Source: an uncultured Spirochaetaceae bacterium
GTDB taxonomy: Bacteria > Spirochaetota > Spirochaetia > DSM-27196 > PWMO01
Reading direction: 5' to 3'
NCBI GenBank assembly: GCA_964631585.1
Contig: CAZVXU010000002.1
Span: 1-51,415 of the forward strand
DNA length: 51,415 nucleotides
The notes under the pieces were generated by a model. That model worked only from the letters and a program-made list of their open reading frames with translations. It was not told the origin of the DNA and did no database searches. Positions 37,845-46,040 of the stretch are shown in pieces; position 1 is the first letter of the stretch; each line of letters starts with the position of its first letter. Made by a program: the position numbers and the translations under genes.

Positions 37845-37859
37845 TGGCACGTACTTTGC
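37845..37859 (+). promoter_or_regulatory. sigma-54 (-24/-12) promoter TGGCAC-N5-TTGC upstream of araF
   Basis: TGGCACGTACTTTGC has a GG-N10-GC spacing that matches the consensus exactly. It lies 36 nt upstream of the araF ATG (37895) and is divergent from the NtrC-type regulator. Confidence 0.82.
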
Positions 37860-37894
37860 TTCATTCTCGGCAATACCGATAAGGAGGTAGTTCG

Positions 37895-38908
37895 ATGAAA
37901 CGACTACTGGTTTTTGTGTTGATGATCGCGATCGCGCTCGGCGCCGCGATGCCGCTGTTTGCTTCGGGCGAGCAGGAAGCTTCGTCCGGCGATGATGTTA
38001 AAATTGGGTTTCTGGTGAAGCAGCCGGAGGAGACCTGGTTTCAGGATGAGTGGAAGTTTGCAGAAGAAGCTGCCGATGACTACGGCTTCGATCTCGTAAC
38101 GCTTGGCGCCGAGGACGGAGAGGTCACCCTCAACGCCATTGATAACCTGGCCGCGCAGGGCGCAGACGGATTTATTATCTGCACCCCGGACGTACGGCTC
38201 GGGCCTGCCATCGTGGCACGCGCTGAGCAGCATGGAATGAAGGTCATGAGCGTCGACGACCGTTTCGTCAATGCGGACGGCGAATTCATGGAAGACGTTC
38301 CCCACATGGGTATCTCGGCCTACGAGATCGGACAGATCGTCGGTGACGCACTCTACGAAGAGATGCAGAACCGCGGCTGGGACGTAGAGGACACGGGTGC
38401 TCTCGCCATCAGCTTCAACGAGCTCGACACCGCCCGTGAACGCGTCGAGGGCGCAACGGACGCGCTCGTGGACGCCGGATTCCCCGCCGAACGCATCTTC
38501 GACACACCGCAGCAGCGCGAAGACGTGGAGGGCGGCTTCAACGCCGCGGCCGATACGATCACCCAGCATCCCGACATCGAGCACTGGCTTGTGTTCGCTC
38601 TCAACGACGAGTCGGTGATGGGCGGCGTGCGCGCGGCCGAGGGACGGGGTTTCACTGCAGAAGATATCATTGGCGTCGGGATCGGCGGCAGCGGGTCGGC
38701 CCAGTCGGAGTTCGACAAGGACGAGATGACCGGCTTCTTTGCGACCGTCACCATTAGCCCCTACCGCCACGGGTATGAGACCGCAGAGAACATGTACAAG
38801 TGGATTGCCGAAGGTGAAGACCCCGAAAGGCTCATCTACACCGCCGGCACGCTCATGACCCGCGAAAACCAGGATGAGGTGCTTTCGGAGTTGGGTCTCG
38901 ATCGATAA
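37895..38908 (+). CDS. araF: L-arabinose-type ABC transporter periplasmic binding protein
   Basis: 337 aa with a signal peptide. There are long collinear matches to E. coli AraF as I recall it (GFLVKQPEE-WFQ-EWKFA, LNAID-LAA-GA-GF-ICTPD, MQ-RGWDV, NELDTAR-R, VRA-EG-GF-A-DIIG-GI-G). Confidence 0.8.
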   Translation: MKRLLVFVLMIAIALGAAMPLFASGEQEASSGDDVKIGFLVKQPEETWFQDEWKFAEEAADDYGFDLVTLGAEDGEVTLNAIDNLAAQGADGFIICTPDVRLGPAIVARAEQHGMKVMSVDDRFVNADGEFMEDVPHMGISAYEIGQIVGDALYEEMQNRGWDVEDTGALAISFNELDTARERVEGATDALVDAGFPAERIFDTPQQREDVEGGFNAAADTITQHPDIEHWLVFALNDESVMGGVRAAEGRGFTAEDIIGVGIGGSGSAQSEFDKDEMTGFFATVTISPYRHGYETAENMYKWIAEGEDPERLIYTAGTLMTRENQDEVLSELGLDR

Positions 38909-38939
38909 CAACATCGAGGAGCAGTCGCCGACCCACGGA

Positions 38940-38966
38940 GGGGCCCCGCGGTCGTCGCGGGCCCCC
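38940..38966 (+). other. intercistronic GC-rich stem-loop between araF and araG
   Basis: GGGGCCCCGCG-GTCGT-CGCGGGCCCCC forms an 11-bp stem with one mismatch. It is followed by only TT, so it is more likely a partial attenuator or a 3' mRNA stabiliser for the binding-protein cistron than a full terminator. Confidence 0.45.
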
Positions 38967-39004
38967 TTCGGCTCACAAGCCGGCGAACGCGTGAAAGGAT
39001 TTCT

Positions 39005-40531
39005 ATGGGCGATCAACCGTATCTACAGTTTCATTCGGTAAGCAAGACCTTCCCCGGCGTGCAGGCGCTCGATGATGTCACCTTCGGTGTGGCCGAAGGG
39101 AGTGTCCATGCCCTCGTCGGAGAGAACGGGGCGGGCAAGTCGACCCTGCTGAAGGTTCTCAGCGGGGCTCATCAGCCGAACGGCGGCTCGCTCTCGCTCG
39201 GAGGTGTCGAGCACGCCTTCTCCAACGCTCGTGAGGCGCTCGAAGCCGGGATAGTCGTTATCTATCAGGAGCTCAACCTCATCCCCGACATGAGTGTCGA
39301 GGAGAATCTGCTTCTCGGCCACATGCCGACCCGCCTCGGGGTCATTGACAGGCGGGACATGCGAGCACGGGCATCTGAGGCGCTGCAGCGACTCGGAGAA
39401 CCGATCAATCCGAGAGCGAAAATGCGGAGCCTGTCCATCGGGCAACAGCAGATGGTGGAAATCGCCAAGGCGCTCATGAGAGATGCCAAGGTCATCGCGT
39501 TCGACGAGCCGACGAGCAGCCTCTCTCACAAGGAAGTCGAGCTCCTGTTCAACGCCATTCGTGGCCTTCGGCAGGACGGGCGAGCCGTAATCTACGTGTC
39601 TCATCGTCTGGCCGAAGTCTTCGAGCTCTCTGATGCCGTCACCGTCTTCCGGGACGGAAAGCTCGTCGCTACGCGGGACACGCTCGAGGGCGTAGATCAC
39701 GACTTTCTTGTCAAAAGCATGGTGGGCAGGTCGATTGCGGACATCTTTCACTATTCTCCGCGTCCCCACGGGGAGACAGTGCTCGAGGTCAAAGACTTGT
39801 TCGGGTACGGGTTGAGAGAACCGGTCTCGTTCAGCGTGCGAAAGGGCGAGATCCTCGGGTTCTTCGGGTTGATCGGCGCCGGTCGAACCGAGTTGTTTCG
39901 TCTTCTGTTCGGAGCGGAGCGCGCGGAGGGCGGTACGACGTCTGTGGAGGGTACGCCGGTCCGGATCAGAAACACGCATGATGCCATACGCCATGGGCTC
40001 GCACTTATGCCGGAGGATCGTAAACTACATGGTATCATCGGTGTAAGCTCGGTGGCGGAGAACATCAACCTCGCCGTCCGGCCGACGCTGGCCTCCTACG
40101 GGGGGCTCGTCATAGACGAGCGCCGCGAGCGCGAGAACGCCGACGCATTCGTAAAAAAGCTCAGAATCAAGACGCCGTCGACGCGACAGCTCATGAAGAA
40201 CCTCTCCGGCGGTAATCAGCAGAAAGCGATCCTCGCACGATGGTTGAGTCGACATGCCCGCGTATTTCTCATGGACGAGCCTACGCGCGGAATCGATGTG
40301 GGAACCAAGAGTGAAATCTATTCAATCATGTACGATCTCGCCGAATCGGGTCTGGGAGTCGTTATGGTCTCGAGTGAGTTGCCTGAGATTCTCGGCGTGT
40401 GCGACAGGATCATTGTCATGAGAGAGGGTGCCATTGCCGGTGAGGTGTCGCGAGACGAGGCAACGGAAGAGCTGCTCTTGAAGCTCGCACTCCCCGACCG
40501 CGTAGGCGACCGGACTGCCCGAACGGCATAG
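39005..40531 (+). CDS. araG: L-arabinose-type ABC transporter ATP-binding protein (duplicated ABC domains, CUT2 family)
   Basis: 508 aa. Two ABC cassettes: GENGAGKST / LSIGQQQ / FDEPTS in the first and LSGGNQQK / MDEPTRGID in the second. Confidence 0.85.
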   Translation: MGDQPYLQFHSVSKTFPGVQALDDVTFGVAEGSVHALVGENGAGKSTLLKVLSGAHQPNGGSLSLGGVEHAFSNAREALEAGIVVIYQELNLIPDMSVEENLLLGHMPTRLGVIDRRDMRARASEALQRLGEPINPRAKMRSLSIGQQQMVEIAKALMRDAKVIAFDEPTSSLSHKEVELLFNAIRGLRQDGRAVIYVSHRLAEVFELSDAVTVFRDGKLVATRDTLEGVDHDFLVKSMVGRSIADIFHYSPRPHGETVLEVKDLFGYGLREPVSFSVRKGEILGFFGLIGAGRTELFRLLFGAERAEGGTTSVEGTPVRIRNTHDAIRHGLALMPEDRKLHGIIGVSSVAENINLAVRPTLASYGGLVIDERRERENADAFVKKLRIKTPSTRQLMKNLSGGNQQKAILARWLSRHARVFLMDEPTRGIDVGTKSEIYSIMYDLAESGLGVVMVSSELPEILGVCDRIIVMREGAIAGEVSRDEATEELLLKLALPDRVGDRTARTA

Positions 40532-40552
40532 ACACACAGGAGGTAACGAACC

Positions 40553-41518
40553 GTGTCCACCATGTCCACAACATTTTCCGCAGCTTCCATTGGCAAGATC
40601 TGGCGCAACTCCGGCATGCTGATGGTCTTCCTGATCCTCTTCGCGATCCTCTCCCTATTCGTTCCGTTCTTCTTCACGTGGCGGAATATGGTGGGGCTGT
40701 CGCTCTCCGTTGCAACCCTCGGCATGGTCGCCTGCACCATGACTTTTGCGCTCGCCTCCGGCAACTTCGATCTGTCGGTCGGATCGATCGTTGCATTCTC
40801 GGGCGTCGCCGCCGCCGTCGTCATAAACGTCACCGGCAGCACGTTGCTCGGAATTCTTGCCGGATTGGCCGGAAGCATGATCATCGGTTTCGTGAACGGC
40901 ACGGTCATTGCGAGACTGAAGATCAACGCGCTCATCACGACCCTGGCGATGATGCAGATCGTGCGCGGGCTTGCCTTCATTGTCTCCGGCGGTAGCGCGG
41001 TGGGTATTCGCAACGCCGACTTCTACGTACTCGGCACCGGAACATTTGCCGGCCTCCCCATGCCGATCTGGATCGTTATCGGGTACTTTTTGGTGTTCGC
41101 GTTCATCCTGAACAAGACGACCTACGGCCGCAACACGCTCGCCATCGGCGGTAATGAAGAAGCCGTGCGACTGTCCGGCATCAACGTCGATCGGATCAAG
41201 ATCGCCATATTCAGCATTCAGGGCCTGATGACGGGGTTTGCCGGTATCGTGCTCGCCGCCCGCATGACAAGCGGACAGCCGCACACGTCGCAGGGATTTG
41301 AGCTCACCGTAATATCGGCATGTGTGCTCGGCGGTGTTTCACTCTCCGGTGGTGTGGCATCGATGACCGGAGCGCTCGTCGGTGTGCTGATCATGGGGTC
41401 CGTACAGAATGCCATGAATCTGTTGAACACACCGACGTTCTATCAGTACGTGGCGCGGGGCACGATTCTCCTGGCAGCGGTCATCTTCGATACCCTCAAG
41501 CAGGGCAAGGTCCGGTAA
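40553..41518 (+). CDS. araH: L-arabinose-type ABC transporter permease
   Basis: 321-aa polytopic protein of the RbsC/AraH-type (BPD_transp_2-like). AGGAGG lies 7 nt upstream of the GTG at 40553. The ATG at 40562 is an alternative start. Confidence 0.82.
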   Translation: MSTMSTTFSAASIGKIWRNSGMLMVFLILFAILSLFVPFFFTWRNMVGLSLSVATLGMVACTMTFALASGNFDLSVGSIVAFSGVAAAVVINVTGSTLLGILAGLAGSMIIGFVNGTVIARLKINALITTLAMMQIVRGLAFIVSGGSAVGIRNADFYVLGTGTFAGLPMPIWIVIGYFLVFAFILNKTTYGRNTLAIGGNEEAVRLSGINVDRIKIAIFSIQGLMTGFAGIVLAARMTSGQPHTSQGFELTVISACVLGGVSLSGGVASMTGALVGVLIMGSVQNAMNLLNTPTFYQYVARGTILLAAVIFDTLKQGKVR

Positions 41519-42199
41519 ATGGCGGAGTGGAATAACGATGATGAGCTCTTCCGCATCGGGCGTGAGGAGCTCTACACCGCCGTCGTCGGCGATATCTGTG
41601 ACCAGCTCGGGATGCGGCGGCGGTTTCTGCCGCCGGAGCTGCGACCGCTGAAGCCCGCGCCCGGCGTGCCGGTCATGCTCGGACGCGCCATGACGGTGCT
41701 CGAAGCGGATGTGTTCTCCGAGCCCGCCGGTGGATCGCCGTTCGGCTCGATGTTGAGCGCCCTCGACGATCTGCGCCATAACGAGGTCTACGTGTGCGCC
41801 GGGGCCAGCCCGCGCTACGCGCTTATCGGAGAGCTCATGGCCACGGCCATGATTGCCAGGGGGGCCGTTGGCGCGGTCGCGGACGGATACATCCGGGACA
41901 GCGAGGGAATCCTCACGCTGGATTTTCCCGTATACTCGCGCGGCTCCTATGCGCAGGATCAACGGGGCCGGGGCATCGTCATGGACTATCGGGTTCCGAT
42001 CGAGATCGGCGGGATCACGATCGAACCGGGTGATATTGTTCTTGCCGACGTGGACGGGGTCCTCATCGTGCCGCAGGAGGTCGAGGTCGAAGTCTTCACC
42101 CTGGCGCTGGCCAAGGCACGTGCCGAGAAGACCGTGCAGAAGGCAATCGCCGGCGGAATGACGGCGACCGAAGCCTTCGATACCTATGGGATTCTGTAA
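41519..42199 (+). CDS. RraA / HMG-CHA aldolase family protein (putative class II 2-keto-3-deoxy-acid aldolase)
   Basis: 226 aa. Family features: GELMATAMIARGAVGAVADGYIRD and PGDIVLADVDGVLIVP. The ATG directly abuts the araH stop (TAAATG). Confidence 0.75.
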   Translation: MAEWNNDDELFRIGREELYTAVVGDICDQLGMRRRFLPPELRPLKPAPGVPVMLGRAMTVLEADVFSEPAGGSPFGSMLSALDDLRHNEVYVCAGASPRYALIGELMATAMIARGAVGAVADGYIRDSEGILTLDFPVYSRGSYAQDQRGRGIVMDYRVPIEIGGITIEPGDIVLADVDGVLIVPQEVEVEVFTLALAKARAEKTVQKAIAGGMTATEAFDTYGIL

Positions 42200-42211
42200 A
42201 GGGGAGCCGCT

Positions 42212-43372
42212 GTGAAGATCACCGATGTCCGCGTATGGCTCGTGGAGGGAATCAAGTACAACTGGACCATGCTGAAGGTTTACACCGACGACGGAGTCAC
42301 CGGCGTGGGAGAGGCTACGAACTGGCCCGGAAGTCCCGTCGTCGAGGCCGCGGCGCGACACGTGGGCGAGCGGGTCATCGGCATGGATCCACTTCGCACC
42401 GACTACGTGTGGTCGAAGCTCTACCGGGACCTCAACTGGATTGGTCCTTACGGCGCCTCACTCTGCGCTATCAGCGGACTCGACATGGCGCTTCTCGACC
42501 TCAAAGGCAAGTACTACGGGCTTCCCGTATACGAGTTGCTCGGCGGCGCCTTTCGCCGGGAGATCCTCCTCTATGCGAATTACTGGTTTACCGGCGGTGG
42601 ACTGAGTGCCGCTGAATACGGGAGCGCCGCGTCCCAGGTAATGCAGGCCGGCTTCACCGGCGTCAAGTTCGACCCCTTCGCCCACACGAGCTACTTTTAC
42701 GGCGATAATCTCGCGCCGAACCTGGGGCTGACCGAGAGCCAGAAGGACCTCGCCGAGGAGGTTGCCGCGGCGGTCCGTGAGGCGATAGGGCCGGAGTCGG
42801 CCATGATGATCGAGACCCATGCCATGCTGAACTTTCAGGCCGCCTGCGAGATGGCAAATCGGCTTTCGCCCTACGGGGTGACCTGGTTCGAAGAGCCCGT
42901 GGGACCTGAAAACGTGGAGACGCTCGCCGCCTTTCGCATGCGAATACCGGCGGAGGTTCCGATCTGTGTCGGTGAGCGACACTACACGCGAAGCGGCATT
43001 CGTCCCGTTCTCGAGCGCCAACTTTGCGATATCATCATGCCGGACATCACACGCTGCGGGGGGCCGAGCGAGCTAAAGCGCATGGCCACTATGGCGGAAA
43101 CCTACGGGGTCCTCGTCGCCCCACACAATCCCAACGGACCCCTGTCGACCCTGGCCAGCGGTCATGTCTGTGCCGCACTGCCCAACTTTTTTCGCCAGGA
43201 GTTCATGTTCCATGATGTGCCCTGGAGGGACGAGGTGATCGACCACCCGCTCGACATCCGAGACGGGCATCTGTACCTGAGCGACCGGTCGGGGCTGGGG
43301 GCTGATCTCGTCGAGGAAGAGCTCGATCGTCATCCCGGTGTCAGGGAGATGCGGGACGGGTTCTACGTGTAA
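42212..43372 (+). CDS. enolase-superfamily sugar-acid dehydratase (galactonate-dehydratase-like)
   Basis: 386 aa with a GTG start. The N-terminal capping domain is MKITDVRVWLVEG...VTGVGEAT. Barrel metal and acid-base positions: VKFDPF, WFEEP, VGER, DIIMPD, APHN. Confidence 0.8.
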   Translation: MKITDVRVWLVEGIKYNWTMLKVYTDDGVTGVGEATNWPGSPVVEAAARHVGERVIGMDPLRTDYVWSKLYRDLNWIGPYGASLCAISGLDMALLDLKGKYYGLPVYELLGGAFRREILLYANYWFTGGGLSAAEYGSAASQVMQAGFTGVKFDPFAHTSYFYGDNLAPNLGLTESQKDLAEEVAAAVREAIGPESAMMIETHAMLNFQAACEMANRLSPYGVTWFEEPVGPENVETLAAFRMRIPAEVPICVGERHYTRSGIRPVLERQLCDIIMPDITRCGGPSELKRMATMAETYGVLVAPHNPNGPLSTLASGHVCAALPNFFRQEFMFHDVPWRDEVIDHPLDIRDGHLYLSDRSGLGADLVEEELDRHPGVREMRDGFYV

Positions 43373-43397
43373 ACGGGCGGGGAAGTGAGGAAGCAAG

Positions 43398-44231
43398 ATG
43401 CCGTTGACAGTTGATCTCTCCGGAAGTGTTACAATCGTCACCGGCGTAACGAGCGGAATCGGTGCCGGCGTTGCCGAGGTTTTTGCGCGAGCCGGCTCGG
43501 CCGTCGTGGGGTGCGGCAGGCGTGGCTCCGAAAGCGAAGAAGCCGCCGCCTTTCTTGAGGCCGCGGAGCGGCGCGGTGCGTCCGCGGAGTATGTCTCGTG
43601 CGACATCTCCGATACTGACGGTCCGGCGAAGGTGGTCGCTGCCGCGGCGGACCGATTCGGGCGCATAGACTTCGTCGTCTCTAACGCCGGGCGAAATGTG
43701 TTTACGGGCATCGATGAGAGCTCCCTCGGGGACTGGCAGGAGTGCATTGATCTGAACCTGCGCTCGCACTGGTTGCTTGCCCAGGCGGTCGCACCACATC
43801 TGCGAGCCGCCGCGAAGGCACCGGTGGCGCCGGACGGTGCGGGGCCGGTGTTCATGGTGAATACCTCGAACCACGCCTATGCAACCATTCCCGGCTGCTT
43901 CCCTTACAACGTCACGAAAGCCGGCATGACGGCGCTTGTACAGTCCCTCGCGATCGAATGGGGCCCACACGTGAGAGCGGTCGGCGTGGCCCCCGGCTTC
44001 ATAGAGACAGAGGCCAACGGCGAATGGTTTGCGAGATTCGAAGACCCGCAGGAAGAGCGTCGGCGCACCGAGGCAATGCATCCGGTAGGTCGGCTCGGCA
44101 CGCCGGAGGAAGTGGGGGCTTTGTTCGTGTTTCTCGCCAGTCGATACGCTGCGTTCGTGACCGGCACCACGATTCTGGCCGACGGGGGGCGAAGCGCACT
44201 CATGCAGGACGGGATGAAAGAATTCGGGTGA
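43398..44231 (+). CDS. SDR-family oxidoreductase
   Basis: 277 aa. TGVTSGIG cofactor motif, NAG, and the catalytic YNVTK (YxxxK). Confidence 0.85.
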   Translation: MPLTVDLSGSVTIVTGVTSGIGAGVAEVFARAGSAVVGCGRRGSESEEAAAFLEAAERRGASAEYVSCDISDTDGPAKVVAAAADRFGRIDFVVSNAGRNVFTGIDESSLGDWQECIDLNLRSHWLLAQAVAPHLRAAAKAPVAPDGAGPVFMVNTSNHAYATIPGCFPYNVTKAGMTALVQSLAIEWGPHVRAVGVAPGFIETEANGEWFARFEDPQEERRRTEAMHPVGRLGTPEEVGALFVFLASRYAAFVTGTTILADGGRSALMQDGMKEFG

Positions 44232-44234
44232 TGC

Positions 44235-44250
44235 CAGGCGCGGACGCCTG
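44235..44250. terminator. short hairpin between the convergent SDR and NicO-like genes
   Basis: CAGGCG-CGGA-CGCCTG in the 23-nt gap. It is only a 6-bp stem and has no T-tract. Confidence 0.2.
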
Positions 44251-44254
44251 TGTG

Positions 44255-45364
44255 TCACAGAACCGAAAGCAGCAGCACGGCGCCCACGCCGATCATCGCA
44301 ACCCCGCCAAGCCCCTCGAGCCCGATGTGGACGATTTGCCCGAGGCGTCCGTCGAGCGCCCCGGCTACGGCACGTTTCGAGAGTACTGCCGCGACGAGTA
44401 CCGCCGTCTGCGTGACCGCCATGCCGAGGGAAAACAGGACCACGGCATACAGACCGAGTGAGACCACCCCGAGGGAAATCGCAAAGAGCAGGATCATCGC
44501 CGAGCCGACATCCGGAACCGCGGCCGAAAGCACGATTGCGGGTAGCAGGTGCAGCCGGTTGCGGAAAAAGCGGGTGAATCGGGAGATGCTCTGTGCCGTT
44601 ATTGACGCTGTCGCCGACGGCGCCTCCGCAGCCAACGGCTGCGACCGCTGCGGGCCCCGAAGAGGGGTGTTGTTCCGCTCGTGTTCGCCGCGGTGATGCA
44701 GAGCTTCGCGTACAGTGGAGACAGAGACCACCATGCCGAGAAGGATTACCAGGACAGCCGTCGCTGCCTGGAGATAAACCGTAGCATTCGAAAGCGTCGC
44801 CCCGAGCGACGCCTGCAGGACGTAGTATGCGACGAGAATGACGGCCGCGGCTACGCCGGCATGCAGGGCGGCCACGGAGACACCAGCGATCACGGCATGT
44901 CGCAGAGGGGCGTCGGTGCTCACAAAATAGGAGACGAGCAACACCTTACGATGCCCCGGCAGGGCGGCGTGCACCAGGCCGTAGGCAAATGCTACGAGGC
45001 CGATGGCCGGCAGCAATCCCCAGGACGAGCCGCCGGGAGCCCGGGCGCCGCCCGGACTACCCGAACCGCCGGCCCCGCGCGCGCGACCGGAATCCGAGGC
45101 CGTCGCGGCGGAGTGGGAATGAATCAGCTCCGCGATTCGGTCGTTGAGTATGCGTTGCTGGTTTGTGAGGATCTCATTCAGCCGGGGGAACGCCGGGCTC
45201 CCGCCGAATACGGAACGGGGCGCCGGTTGCGCCGGCGGCTCGCGACCTTCGGAGCCCTCCGCGGGAGCATCGTTGCCGGTAAACGGATTCGGTTGCGCCG
45301 GGACTACAACGCAGAGGAGGAGTGTCGATAGTATAACAAGAAGGGAGATGCGAAGGAGCGGCAT
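44255..45364 (-). CDS. NicO/RcnA-like nickel-cobalt transporter family membrane protein
   Basis: 369 aa. Signal or anchor sequence, a HAALPGHRK motif, a His-rich loop (HHRGEHERNN) and about 6 TM helices. It is paired with a DUF1007 gene, as is usual for this family. Confidence 0.65.
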   Translation of the reverse strand: MPLLRISLLVILSTLLLCVVVPAQPNPFTGNDAPAEGSEGREPPAQPAPRSVFGGSPAFPRLNEILTNQQRILNDRIAELIHSHSAATASDSGRARGAGGSGSPGGARAPGGSSWGLLPAIGLVAFAYGLVHAALPGHRKVLLVSYFVSTDAPLRHAVIAGVSVAALHAGVAAAVILVAYYVLQASLGATLSNATVYLQAATAVLVILLGMVVSVSTVREALHHRGEHERNNTPLRGPQRSQPLAAEAPSATASITAQSISRFTRFFRNRLHLLPAIVLSAAVPDVGSAMILLFAISLGVVSLGLYAVVLFSLGMAVTQTAVLVAAVLSKRAVAGALDGRLGQIVHIGLEGLGGVAMIGVGAVLLLSVL

Positions 45365-46028
45365 GAGAATCCTCCGGAATGTGTGGTTCTGGTCCGTGAT
45401 ATTGTCGGTAACGCTCGCGGTATGCGCTCCCGTGCGCGCCGTCGCCCATCCCCACGTCTACATGGACGCCCGCGTTGCGTTTCGTTTCGTCGGTGAGCGC
45501 CTCGACGGCTTCGAGGTCGAGTGGACCTTCGACCGAATGTTTACCGCCCAGATTGCCTTGGACTACGATACGCCGCGACACGGGCGCTTCCCCCGGGACC
45601 TCGTTGACCGTATCCAAAGCGGCGCGTTCGACAATCTCCGGCACTACGATTACTTCACCTACGTTGTCACCGACGGTCGCATCCATCCCGTTGCCGAAGT
45701 GCGAGACTTCACCGCCTTTATGCGAAACGGCCGGCTGGTATACCGCTTTTTCGTGCCCTATCACACGACTGCAGGCGAGGCGCTCCGCACGATTCGGGTG
45801 CGAATGTATGACAAGACCTTTTTCGCGGACATGGCGTTTCACGACGACGAACCTGTGACAGTCATATCTGGTGACGCCGTCCGGCACAGAACGCGAGTCT
45901 TGCGCAATGAAGACATAGAAGTCCCCTATGATGCAACCCACCCCAGTGTCCGTCGAAAAGAAGCAACCTACACGGGTATGGCTCATCCCTACGAAATCGT
46001 GCTCGAATACCGGCGCGTAGGTAGGTAG
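45363..46028 (+). CDS. DUF1007 family periplasmic protein (partner of NicO-type transporters)
   Basis: ATG at 45363 within ORF 45144..46028. The signal peptide MRILRNVWFWSVILSVTLAVCAPVRAVA is followed by HPHVYMDARV, the typical DUF1007 N-terminus. AAGGAG lies 4 nt upstream. Confidence 0.65.
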   Translation: MRILRNVWFWSVILSVTLAVCAPVRAVAHPHVYMDARVAFRFVGERLDGFEVEWTFDRMFTAQIALDYDTPRHGRFPRDLVDRIQSGAFDNLRHYDYFTYVVTDGRIHPVAEVRDFTAFMRNGRLVYRFFVPYHTTAGEALRTIRVRMYDKTFFADMAFHDDEPVTVISGDAVRHRTRVLRNEDIEVPYDATHPSVRRKEATYTGMAHPYEIVLEYRRVGR

Positions 46029-46040
46029 GAGAGCCCCGCC

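Noticed and set aside
37904-39016. 370-aa ORF antisense to araF
   Set aside because: It is a shadow ORF. The sense product aligns along its whole length with arabinose-binding protein and follows a sigma-54 promoter and an RBS.
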